Below are positions 16,931 to 25,490 of a DNA stretch of 45,031 nucleotides, piece after piece. Every line of letters starts with the position of its first letter. Position 1 is the stretch's first letter. This stretch comes from Clostridia bacterium. Lineage in GTDB: Bacteria; Bacillota; Clostridia; Oscillospirales; CAG-272. The DNA lies in assembly GCA_017624395.1 (NCBI GenBank), contig JAGANE010000071.1, positions 1 to 45,031 on the forward strand, in the 5' to 3' direction. The translations under genes were made by a program, and so were the position numbers. The notes beneath the pieces were generated by a model that worked only from the letters and a program-made list of their open reading frames with translations, was not told where the DNA came from and searched no databases.

Positions 16931-19266
16931 GTCTTTTCCTCAAGCATATTTTGCGCACCCTGCGCCACTCTCCCACACAACCGCTTCTGATCCTTCTGAC
17001 CGTCATTCTCTCCACCGCGCTTGCCATTACGGCGTTTCGCTTGCCCGATATGTTCCGCGAGCATATCGCCCTGACCTATGGAGGCGAGCAGGAGCTTGGT
17101 GACGTGACCGTGGAGATGCGAGGAGACAGCAACACAAGGATCTTGTTTGCCGAAGACGCCGAGCGCGTGCTGGGCGAGGACGGGCGCGTGCTGGGGGAAT
17201 TCCGCCTGACGGGCTTATGCACGGATGCGGAATGGGCGCACACAATTTTATCGATCTCTGCGGTCGATCTGCTAAAGGCAGATGATTTTTATCAATTTGA
17301 ATATATCCAATACGGCAGATTTACCGCGCAAAGCCTTGATACGTCCGTCGTTCTTTCTCAGTCAACGGCGGAGTCTCTCGGCGTTGGCATCGGAGACACA
17401 CTTGCCCTGCAGGTGCTGGGTGAGGAACGTCTCTACACGGTGCAGGCAATTGCCAGGGATCAAGGCCTTTTGAGAACCTGCGATCTATTGATCCCGATTG
17501 ACGGGATCAGACATTCTCTGGCACTTCGCGTTCCCGCCATCGGCTCTCTCGGCGACGCCTTTGCACCCTGCACGCGTTTGATGATCGAGCTGGAGGGGAA
17601 TACGGATCGGGAGGAGATCCTGCAACGGCTGAGCGAGGATGCGGCATTTTCCGATAAGCTGGTGGAAAGCACCGACAGCGGTGCAAAGATCCGCACGCTG
17701 GAGCTGATGCAAACCGTTTCGCTTTGGATTCCCGCGCTTCTCTTGCTGGTTCTCACCGCGCTCCTCATCGCAACCGCACTCAAGCTGCTCCGACAGCAAC
17801 GGAGCGACGAATACGCACTGTTTCGAACCGTGGGTGCCACCGAGCGGCAAATGACACAGCTGCAATTGACCGAGGGGGCGATCTACGCGCTCTTCGGCAG
17901 CGTTGGTGGCATTCTTTTGTCGTTTCCGCTGTTGCAATATACCGGTTCACTCTATCTTTGGCAAACCACGGCGGTCTCGCCCGAGGTATGGGGAATTTTA
18001 TTCGGTGCGTTCTGGGCACCGCTCCTGACGTTGGGGAGCCTGATGCTTCATATCCGCAGTGTCAGACGAAGCGAGCAAAAAAGCGGTACGACCGACGGAA
18101 AAAGCATCGAGACAACCGACACACGGGGGCTGCTTTTCCCCCTCATTCTGCTGCTTTTTACACTCACGGCATGCCTTTTCACACCCACCAAGTGGCGCTA
18201 TCTGCCCGCCATCGCGGCATTCCTTTGCCTGGTATGGCTGGCTTATCTTGCTACGCCGCGTCTGCTGATCGCCGTTGCGCATTTTGTCACAAAGCGTTTG
18301 GAAAAGCGCACACACCCCAATCCGCATCTGTTGCTGACGCTGCAAAGCCTGCTCGGCTCTGCCGCCCTGCGTCAGGTTGGCAGGTTGTCGGTTCTTTTGC
18401 TCTCGCTCCTTCTCACCATCTCGGTCTGCACCGCAACACTCCAAAAGCAAAGTGATCACATCACGGGGCTGATCCGCGGAGAATTGATCGTTGCGGGAGC
18501 AAACGAAACGATCGGAGAGGAGCTTTCCCACGTGACGGGGGTAGAGAATACGAGCCTCTTTTCCTATCTTTCCAACGTAGAGCTTCCTTCGGGAAAATCG
18601 GTTGTTGGAATTTCTTTAGAGGACGGAGCAAACGATTGTTTTGACAGCGCACTTCTTCCCAAGCAAGCCCCACACGGCGATCGCGTTGCGGTCTCGGTAG
18701 GAATCGCGGCGCTGGAGGGGGTAGGAATCGGAGATCGTCTGACACTTTCGGTCAAGGGCTGCAGCGGCAGCTTTACCGTTTCCGAAATCGTAGACACGCA
18801 TGCTTATTTTGTCTATTTTGACGTCACTGTATTGGGCATGAAAAACGATCTGCTGTGCGTGGACGTTAACACCGATGCCGAGGCATTTCCTCTTTTGCGC
18901 GAGCGTGTTGCCGCGGCTGCCGAGATCCACGGGGCATCGGTTCTCCTCGGAGAATCGCTTCTTGAGGAGCTGACGCAAACGCTGACGGGATACGTGGCAA
19001 TCTTAAAGCACGCAGTCTGGGCGGCGGTCATCGTCGCTGTGGCAGGCATTGTCAATCTGCTTGCCGAGCAATACCGCGCGCGCCGAAAAGAGCGGGAGAT
19101 CCTATCCTCCTGCGGCATGACAAAAGCCTCTCTTTTGGGCATGCATGTATGTGAATTGTGCATACTCCTGTTGCTTTCGGTTCTCATCGCACTCCCACTC
19201 GGCGGCACGATGTGCCTGCTGGTTGATTACGGAGTACGCTCCTTCGGGCTGGTTCTCTTTCTTTAA
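16927..19266 (+). CDS. FtsX-family ABC permease with duplicated FtsX modules (779 aa)
   Basis: ATGA start/stop overlap with the ATPase gene. It shows an N-terminal TM, a large extracytoplasmic loop and a 3-TM cluster, and this pattern occurs twice. That is the YbbP/MacB-type architecture. Confidence 0.85.
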   Translation: MSLFLKHILRTLRHSPTQPLLILLTVILSTALAITAFRLPDMFREHIALTYGGEQELGDVTVEMRGDSNTRILFAEDAERVLGEDGRVLGEFRLTGLCTDAEWAHTILSISAVDLLKADDFYQFEYIQYGRFTAQSLDTSVVLSQSTAESLGVGIGDTLALQVLGEERLYTVQAIARDQGLLRTCDLLIPIDGIRHSLALRVPAIGSLGDAFAPCTRLMIELEGNTDREEILQRLSEDAAFSDKLVESTDSGAKIRTLELMQTVSLWIPALLLLVLTALLIATALKLLRQQRSDEYALFRTVGATERQMTQLQLTEGAIYALFGSVGGILLSFPLLQYTGSLYLWQTTAVSPEVWGILFGAFWAPLLTLGSLMLHIRSVRRSEQKSGTTDGKSIETTDTRGLLFPLILLLFTLTACLFTPTKWRYLPAIAAFLCLVWLAYLATPRLLIAVAHFVTKRLEKRTHPNPHLLLTLQSLLGSAALRQVGRLSVLLLSLLLTISVCTATLQKQSDHITGLIRGELIVAGANETIGEELSHVTGVENTSLFSYLSNVELPSGKSVVGISLEDGANDCFDSALLPKQAPHGDRVAVSVGIAALEGVGIGDRLTLSVKGCSGSFTVSEIVDTHAYFVYFDVTVLGMKNDLLCVDVNTDAEAFPLLRERVAAAAEIHGASVLLGESLLEELTQTLTGYVAILKHAVWAAVIVAVAGIVNLLAEQYRARRKEREILSSCGMTKASLLGMHVCELCILLLLSVLIALPLGGTMCLLVDYGVRSFGLVLFL

Positions 19267-19282
19267 GCAATTACATACAAGG

Positions 19283-19325
19283 CACAGTCCTCCCCCTTCA
19301 CGGGGTATGGAGGACTGTGTTTTTC
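19283..19325 (+). terminator. strong rho-independent terminator of the giant-lipoprotein/ABC operon
   Basis: 11-bp stem CACAGTCCTCC/GGAGGACTGTG (19283-19293 / 19309-19319) followed by TTTTTCTTTTC. Confidence 0.85.
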
Positions 19326-19374
19326 TTTTCTCAAGCTCGAATATTGAATAAAATGTAAAAATCATATAAAAACG

Positions 19375-19404
19375 TTGACTTTGTATCTATGGCTATGTTA
19401 TAAT
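19375..19404 (+). promoter_or_regulatory. sigma-A promoter TTGACT-N18-TGtTATAAT of the EEP/MoxR/vWA operon
   Basis: TTGACT at 19375-19380 and an extended -10 TGtTATAAT with TATAAT at 19399-19404, about 32 nt upstream of the start codon. Confidence 0.55.
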
Positions 19405-19435
19405 AAAAGATGTATATCTTTTTTTGGGGAGGCAT

Positions 19436-20212
19436 ATGATGTCAATCAGGCTTAAGGTGATGACCTTTAATTTAAGAATTCGTGTAGAAGGGGACGGAAT
19501 CAACTGCTTTGATTTTCGCCGTGACCGTATTTTAGAGGTCATTTCGCAAGAACAGCCCGATCTGATCGGCTTTCAGGAGGCAACCACCGAAATGCTTGTA
19601 TGGCTCAAGCAAAGCCTTTCCGATTACGTCGTGCTGGGACACGGCAGAGGAACAGATTACCGCGGTGAGGGAATCCCGATCGCCTACCGTCGCGAGCTGT
19701 TTGATCTGCACCGCTTTGAACAGATCTGGCTTTCTTATACGCCAAACGTCCCCGCCAGCAGATTTGAGGAGCTGGATCAAAGCCCCTGCGCACGTGTTTT
19801 GCTCTCTGCAGAGCTGGTCCACAAGGATGCCGATAAGCCGATTTCCTTCTTCAACATCCACACCGACCACCGCGGAGAACGCGCACGCGTTGCCGAATGC
19901 ACGATGCTGGTACAGCGCTTGTTTGAATCCCCCTTTCAATTTGTGCTGACGGGCGACTTTAACGACTATCCCGACAGCCCCTCCATCACAACGATCACCT
20001 CTACCGAAAGGACCCTGGGAACGGTGGACACAACGAAAGGGATCGGCGGCACGTTCCACGGATTTACGGGAGACGTCAAAAATCGCAAGATCGACTATAT
20101 CTTTACCAATCTTCCCACCGACCCCACGGCATCCTACGCGGTAGCGGACGTTGCACGTGACGGCGTTTATTATTCCGATCATCTGGCACTGTGTGCCTTT
20201 GTTGAGATCTGA
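19436..20212 (+). CDS. endonuclease/exonuclease/phosphatase (EEP) family hydrolase, cytoplasmic
   Basis: EEP hallmarks are present: MTFNLR near the N-terminus, GFQE, TGDFND and C-terminal YSDHLAL. No signal peptide. The start is ATG 19436 or 19439, after GGGGAGG. Confidence 0.8.
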   Translation: MMSIRLKVMTFNLRIRVEGDGINCFDFRRDRILEVISQEQPDLIGFQEATTEMLVWLKQSLSDYVVLGHGRGTDYRGEGIPIAYRRELFDLHRFEQIWLSYTPNVPASRFEELDQSPCARVLLSAELVHKDADKPISFFNIHTDHRGERARVAECTMLVQRLFESPFQFVLTGDFNDYPDSPSITTITSTERTLGTVDTTKGIGGTFHGFTGDVKNRKIDYIFTNLPTDPTASYAVADVARDGVYYSDHLALCAFVEI

Positions 20213-20247
20213 CAAAACGATATTTTGTAAAAACAAAAGGAGATTCT

Positions 20248-21744
20248 ATGGGAGAGAATTTTTCCAGGCTGAAGCGAAAGGCACTATGGCACCGATGCAT
20301 AAAATCGGTGTTGGCAGGGCTTGCGTGCGGACTGTTGTCTGCGGGCGTGCTATCCCTGCTGATCAAGCTGGAGCTTCTCGCTTTCAAACCAAGCCTTTCC
20401 TTGGCGGTGGGCGGTGCCGTTCTGTTGCTTGTGGGACTTGCCGTCTTTTTGGGATTGCATACCTCGGACCGCACGTTGGCGCGCCGTTTGGACGAGCAGA
20501 ACGACCTCAAGGAAAAAACGCAGACCATGCTGGCATATCAAAAGGAGGACGGCGCACTTTACGAGCTGCAACGCATGGACGCCGATGCCGCGCTTGCGGG
20601 GCTTTCCCGCAAGGGATTGCGCGTAAGAGGACTTTGGATTTGTATTCTTGCGTTTGTTCTCGGTGCCGCCGTATTTATCGGGGCAGCAGTCTATACGCCT
20701 GCCGAGGATCCGCCGCCTCCGCCCGTTCCCGACAAGGAGTTTGCCATCACCGAGCTGCAGATTGCGGCAATGGAGGAGCTGATCGCCTACGTGCAAGCCT
20801 CCGAAATGGCTTCCCCTTACCGTGAAACGGTGGCATCCACGCTGACAAAGCTTCTTGCCGACCTGAGGCTTGCCACAACCGAGCCGCAAAGGGATGCGGC
20901 ATTGACACCCGCCATTGAGACCATTTACGAGCAAACGGGAAGCTCGTCGGCGGCATTGGAGCTGATGGAAGCCCTTTGGAAATCGGAATCCGACGGCGCC
21001 AAGCGGCTTGCCGAGGCGCTCAATTATTACGATTGGCATTCCGCAAGCGAGTGGGAGGATTTTAGTGCCAACCTCGCCAACGTCCGCGCAACGCTGATCA
21101 CAAGCGGCACGGATACCGAGCGGCAGATTCTTTTGACCAAGCTTGCATCTCAAATTCAAGCCGCACTCTCGGCGGTGGAAATCGACCAAAACGATCCGCT
21201 TGCCGTAACGCTGTCAAGACTTGCCTCGGCAAACGAGACAAACCCAAACGGAACGCATATTTACGGTCTTTCCACGCTTTCCGCAATGACGGCAACGCTG
21301 GGAGATGTCGATACACAGCGCGAGCTTGACGCCACCTTTACCGCACTGGGGGCGGAGCTGTTCCGCGCACTGTCACAGCACGCCGCAAGCACGGGAACGG
21401 GAGAATATGCCATGAAACGGCTTTCCGAGCTGTTTGGATGTACCCATCCCGCCTTTGAGCGTCCGCAATTTTACGACGTCTCCACCGACGAGCCGAACAC
21501 GGACAGCGGAAGTGAGGGAGGCGGCGTTGGAGCCATTGGCGGCGGAGCCGTTTACGGAAGCGACGACACGGTATTTGATCCTTATACGGGTACCTACGTG
21601 GAATACGGAACGATCTTGGATAAATATTACGCACTGATGTTCGGCAAATTGCAGGACGGCGATTATACCGACGAGGAAAAGGAAGCGCTGGAAAAATATT
21701 TTGATATTCTTTACGGCGGCTTTGATGAAAAAGATGAAGAATGA
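20248..21744 (+). CDS. 3-TM membrane protein with a poly-Pro hinge and a long helical, acidic C-terminal domain; function unknown
   Basis: 498 aa with RBS AAGGAG. Two TMs lie near the N-terminus and a third around residue 135, followed by PAEDPPPPPVPD. It sits immediately upstream of moxR with a 12-nt gap. Confidence 0.75.
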   Translation: MGENFSRLKRKALWHRCIKSVLAGLACGLLSAGVLSLLIKLELLAFKPSLSLAVGGAVLLLVGLAVFLGLHTSDRTLARRLDEQNDLKEKTQTMLAYQKEDGALYELQRMDADAALAGLSRKGLRVRGLWICILAFVLGAAVFIGAAVYTPAEDPPPPPVPDKEFAITELQIAAMEELIAYVQASEMASPYRETVASTLTKLLADLRLATTEPQRDAALTPAIETIYEQTGSSSAALELMEALWKSESDGAKRLAEALNYYDWHSASEWEDFSANLANVRATLITSGTDTERQILLTKLASQIQAALSAVEIDQNDPLAVTLSRLASANETNPNGTHIYGLSTLSAMTATLGDVDTQRELDATFTALGAELFRALSQHAASTGTGEYAMKRLSELFGCTHPAFERPQFYDVSTDEPNTDSGSEGGGVGAIGGGAVYGSDDTVFDPYTGTYVEYGTILDKYYALMFGKLQDGDYTDEEKEALEKYFDILYGGFDEKDEE

Positions 21745-21756
21745 GAGGATATAACG

Positions 21757-22764
21757 ATGAGTCATACAGAAAGAAATGCAGCCGAAATGGAAAAGGTAAG
21801 GATCTTTAGCGAAAAGGTCGCAAAGGTCAAGGAGGAGCTGAAAAAGGACGTCGTGGGCCAGACCGAGATCATTGAGAATGTGATTATTGCCATCGTAGCA
21901 GGTGGAAACGTGCTTTTGGAGGGTGTACCGGGTGTTGGAAAAACCCGACTTGTACGCTCGCTTGGAAAGGTGCTGTCGCTCCCGTTCTCGCGAATTCAGT
22001 TCACCCCCGACCTGATGCCCTCGGACGTTACGGGCACCAATGTGGTGGAAAAGGATGAAAACGGAAAGCTGAACACCCAATTCCGCAAGGGTCCGATCTT
22101 TGCCAACCTTGTGCTTGCCGACGAGATCAACCGCGCAACCCCAAAAACGCAATCGGCAATGCTGGAGGTCATGCAGGAGCATAAGGTCACCGTGGCAAAC
22201 CATACATATCCCATTGCCGAGCCGTTTTTTGTGCTGGCAACCGAAAACCCCATCGAGCAGGACGGCACCTATCCTCTGCCCGAGGCACAGATGGACCGCT
22301 TTATGTTCAAGCTGATCGTCGGATTTCCCTCCGCCGAGGAGCTTTCCTCCATCGTCAAAATGACACAGATCACCATGGCGGAGACCGCACAGGCAGTGAT
22401 CAACGGTGAGGAGATCCTTGCCATGAGAGCCCTGGCTTCTGCCGTTCCGGTGGTAGACGAGGTGCTGAATTACACCGTCGATCTCGTCTCCAACACGCAC
22501 CCCGAGCTTGCAAACAGCACGGCATCCACCAAAAAATACGTCAAATACGGTGCTTCTCCGCGTGCCGCGCAGGGTCTGATCACTGCGGCAAAGGTACGCG
22601 CGCTGATGCAGGGCCGCTACAACGTCTCTTACGAGGACATCAACGCACTTGCCTGTCCCGTATTGCGTCACCGCATTAAGATCAATTATACCGCAATCAA
22701 CGATAAGCTGACGGTGGACGACATCATCGGAATGATCGTCAAGGAAACGAAAAAGGGCCGCTGA
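21757..22764 (+). CDS. MoxR-family AAA+ ATPase
   Basis: Walker A GVPGVGKT, Walker B LLADEINRATPKTQSAMLEVMQE, C-terminal lid YGASPRA and a length of 335 aa. Confidence 0.92.
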   Translation: MSHTERNAAEMEKVRIFSEKVAKVKEELKKDVVGQTEIIENVIIAIVAGGNVLLEGVPGVGKTRLVRSLGKVLSLPFSRIQFTPDLMPSDVTGTNVVEKDENGKLNTQFRKGPIFANLVLADEINRATPKTQSAMLEVMQEHKVTVANHTYPIAEPFFVLATENPIEQDGTYPLPEAQMDRFMFKLIVGFPSAEELSSIVKMTQITMAETAQAVINGEEILAMRALASAVPVVDEVLNYTVDLVSNTHPELANSTASTKKYVKYGASPRAAQGLITAAKVRALMQGRYNVSYEDINALACPVLRHRIKINYTAINDKLTVDDIIGMIVKETKKGR

Positions 22765-23648
22765 TGGAAAAAACAGTTATAGACGAGGCGTTTCTTTCCG
22801 AGATAGAGGCGCTGCAATCGTTACTTCAGCATAACGTTGCGGGAATGTTTGGCGGCAATCACCAATCCAAAAGCTTTGGCTCCTCGTGTGAGTTTGCCGA
22901 CTACCGCGACTACGTTCCCGGTGACGACGTAACAAAGATCGACTGGAACGTCTACGCAAGATTTGATAAGCTATATCAAAAGCTTTATCTGGACGAGCGG
23001 CAGATGCACACCAAGATCTACATTGATGCCAGCCGCTCCATGCAGCACGCAACGCCCGAAAAGGCAGAGCAGGCAATTCGCATAGCTGCGGCATTTGCCT
23101 ACCTTTCGGTCAACGAAATGGATAAGGTCTCGGTCTACGCCATTCACGGGGATCGGGTGGACGAGATCATTTCGGGCATGGTGGGCAAGGACGCATATCT
23201 TTGCAACGTCAATCTGCTCAACGATATTGAATTTACGGGAGTCGCCCGCATGGGAGATGCCATTCGGTCGTCAAGGATCGGCATGGGAGACGGATATTCG
23301 ATCCTGATCTCGGATTTTCTCACCGACGACGATTACGAGGCGGCGATCGACCGCTTTGCCGAGCAACGCAGAGATATTCTTTGCTTGCAGATCCTTTCGC
23401 GCGAGGAGCTGAATCCTCAATTGCGCGGAAAGATGCATCTGTTTGATTCCGAGGATCAAAGCAGCTTTTTCCGCAAAAAGATCGACAAGGATCGCGTCAA
23501 CGCCTACAAGGAGGCGCTGAAATATGTCACCGAGCGCATCAAGAATTACTGTGAAGCGCGCGGCGGTCACTATCAACTGATCCCCGCATATCAAAAGCTC
23601 TCCGACCTCTTTTTCGGAGACATGGTAGATCTGGGGGTGTTGAAATGA
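22764..23648 (+). CDS. DUF58 family protein (vWA-like fold; standard MoxR partner)
   Basis: Diagnostic DUF58 motif DYRDYVPGDDVTKIDWNVYAR. TGATG overlap with moxR. 294 aa. Confidence 0.85.
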   Translation: MEKTVIDEAFLSEIEALQSLLQHNVAGMFGGNHQSKSFGSSCEFADYRDYVPGDDVTKIDWNVYARFDKLYQKLYLDERQMHTKIYIDASRSMQHATPEKAEQAIRIAAAFAYLSVNEMDKVSVYAIHGDRVDEIISGMVGKDAYLCNVNLLNDIEFTGVARMGDAIRSSRIGMGDGYSILISDFLTDDDYEAAIDRFAEQRRDILCLQILSREELNPQLRGKMHLFDSEDQSSFFRKKIDKDRVNAYKEALKYVTERIKNYCEARGGHYQLIPAYQKLSDLFFGDMVDLGVLK

Positions 23649-25390
23649 GCTTTACCTACCCCTTGGGACTGTTGGGGCTGATCGCAATTCCGATCATTCT
23701 TCTCATCTACGTCCTGCAAAGTAAATATACCGAGCAGACCGTCCCTTCAACCTATCTTTGGCAGTTGAGTGAAAAATTTCTCAAAAAGAGAAATCCGCTC
23801 AGCGGTATCACGGGCATCATCAGCCTGATCTTACAGATCTTAACCGTGATCGCCGTCTCACTTGCCATCGCACGCCCCGTCTTTACGCTGCCAAAAGCGG
23901 CGTATGATTACTGTTTTGTGCTGGATGCCTCGGGTAGTATGAACCTGACCGAGGGCAAGGACACGCGGTTTGCGACGGCACAAAAGGAAATTGCAGAGGT
24001 TATCAAGGACTCCAAAAGCGGAAGCTCCTATACGCTGATCACGGTCGCAAATGAGACCGTTACGGTTTTTGAGGGTGTCAAAAGCAAGGATACCGCTCTG
24101 GAGCTGCTTTCCTCTACCCGTGCCGAGCATACGGCGCTCTCGCACGAAAAGCTTCTCGGCACGGCACAAAAGGCGTTTGACAAAAACTCCGCCGCACGCA
24201 TCTACGTGATCACCGACAAGAGCTACGAGACGGTACAAAACACCGAGCTGATCTCGGTGGGAGACCCGCAAACGCCCAACCACGCCGTGTTTGACGCGAC
24301 CTATTCGCATGCAGGCGGCAGACTGCTGGTTACGGCAGAGGCAATCTCCTATCCAGAGGACGCTAAGCTGGAGCTGCGGCTTTTGATCGACGGCAGTGAG
24401 GCGGCACGCACCACAGTAAATGCGATTGCGGGAACACGCACTCCCGTTTCGTTTGAGGCAACCTGCACCGCCTTTGATTCCTTTACCGTAGAGCTTGTCA
24501 CCGCCGACGGCTACGCGCTTGACAACGCCGTTACCACCTACAATCTCAAAAGCGACAAGACCTACAGCACACTTATCGTCAGCGATACGGGCTTTTTCCT
24601 CAAGGCTGTCATCGATGCACTTGTGGACTCGCGCATCGACGTCATCACGCCCGCACAATACGAGACCGTCACCGAGCAATACGGTCTTTACGTCTTTGAT
24701 TCCTACGAGCCAAGCACGCTTCCCGACGGGGCGGTCTGGCTGATCAATGCCGACGAAAGCATTCCCGATGCAGGATTTGGCATTCGCGGAAAGATCGGGC
24801 TTGATACCGCCGACGTGATCGAAAAATCCAAATCCACCGCCACGGGTGTTCGCAAGCTGCTGGCAGGCGTGGAGGGCAATGATATTTACGTCACCAACTA
24901 CGTCAAATACAGCGGAATGTATCTCAACTTCCACACGCTGTTCTCCTACGATTCCAATCCTCTGATCTTTGCGGGGGAGAACGGACGGGGCTACCGTCAG
25001 GTCGTCTTTGGCTTTGACCTGCATGAATCGGATTTTGCACTTTCCTCCGATTTCGTCATGCTGATGCGCAATCTTTTGGAGTATTCCTTCCCCAATGTCA
25101 TCGAACAAACCAATTACACCGTGGGCGACGAGGCGCTGATCAACGTCGTGGCAAATGCCGACAATTTTAAAATCGTCTCCCCGTCGGGCAAGGACGTTTA
25201 CGTAGACACCGAGGCGGGGGAGGCAGTGCTGATGCTGGATGAGATCGGCACCTATACGATCGAGCTGACGCTGGCAGGCACACCGACCTCGTATCGCATT
25301 TTTTGCGGGGGCAGATCCCGAGGAAAGCAAGCCTGCGGAACAGCACACCGAGCTTTTGCTGGTGGGAGAGGCAACCGACGGTGCCATTGA
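23645..25390 (+). CDS. BatA-like membrane protein (N-terminal double-TM aerotolerance-regulator-type segment plus a vWA domain), apparently frameshifted near its 3' end
   Basis: The N-terminus MSFTYPLGLLGLIAIPIILLIYV and the MIDAS motif VLDASGS support the call. The last 27 residues of this frame (CGGRSRGKQACGTAHRAFAGGRGNRRCH) are non-protein-like. The +1 frame from 25311 encodes a plausible TM anchor. Confidence 0.8.
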   Translation: MSFTYPLGLLGLIAIPIILLIYVLQSKYTEQTVPSTYLWQLSEKFLKKRNPLSGITGIISLILQILTVIAVSLAIARPVFTLPKAAYDYCFVLDASGSMNLTEGKDTRFATAQKEIAEVIKDSKSGSSYTLITVANETVTVFEGVKSKDTALELLSSTRAEHTALSHEKLLGTAQKAFDKNSAARIYVITDKSYETVQNTELISVGDPQTPNHAVFDATYSHAGGRLLVTAEAISYPEDAKLELRLLIDGSEAARTTVNAIAGTRTPVSFEATCTAFDSFTVELVTADGYALDNAVTTYNLKSDKTYSTLIVSDTGFFLKAVIDALVDSRIDVITPAQYETVTEQYGLYVFDSYEPSTLPDGAVWLINADESIPDAGFGIRGKIGLDTADVIEKSKSTATGVRKLLAGVEGNDIYVTNYVKYSGMYLNFHTLFSYDSNPLIFAGENGRGYRQVVFGFDLHESDFALSSDFVMLMRNLLEYSFPNVIEQTNYTVGDEALINVVANADNFKIVSPSGKDVYVDTEAGEAVLMLDEIGTYTIELTLAGTPTSYRIFCGGRSRGKQACGTAHRAFAGGRGNRRCH

Positions 25391-25490
25391 CGGCAGCTTT
25401 GATCCGATCCTTGTCACGCTGATCCTTTTGGCGATCCTATTTTTTGCAGATTGGGGGGTATATTGCTATGAAAAATATCAGCTTCGATAA
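25311..25490 (+). other. displaced C-terminal coding segment of the preceding vWA gene (+1 frame): ADPEESKPAEQHTELLLVGEATDGAIDGSFDPILVTLILLAILFFADWGVYCYEKYQLR-stop
   Basis: Read directly. Removing one G from the G5 run at 25307-25311 fuses this frame to the gene. It supplies a C-terminal TM helix analogous to that of the next vWA protein. Stop TAA at 25488-25490. Confidence 0.6.
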
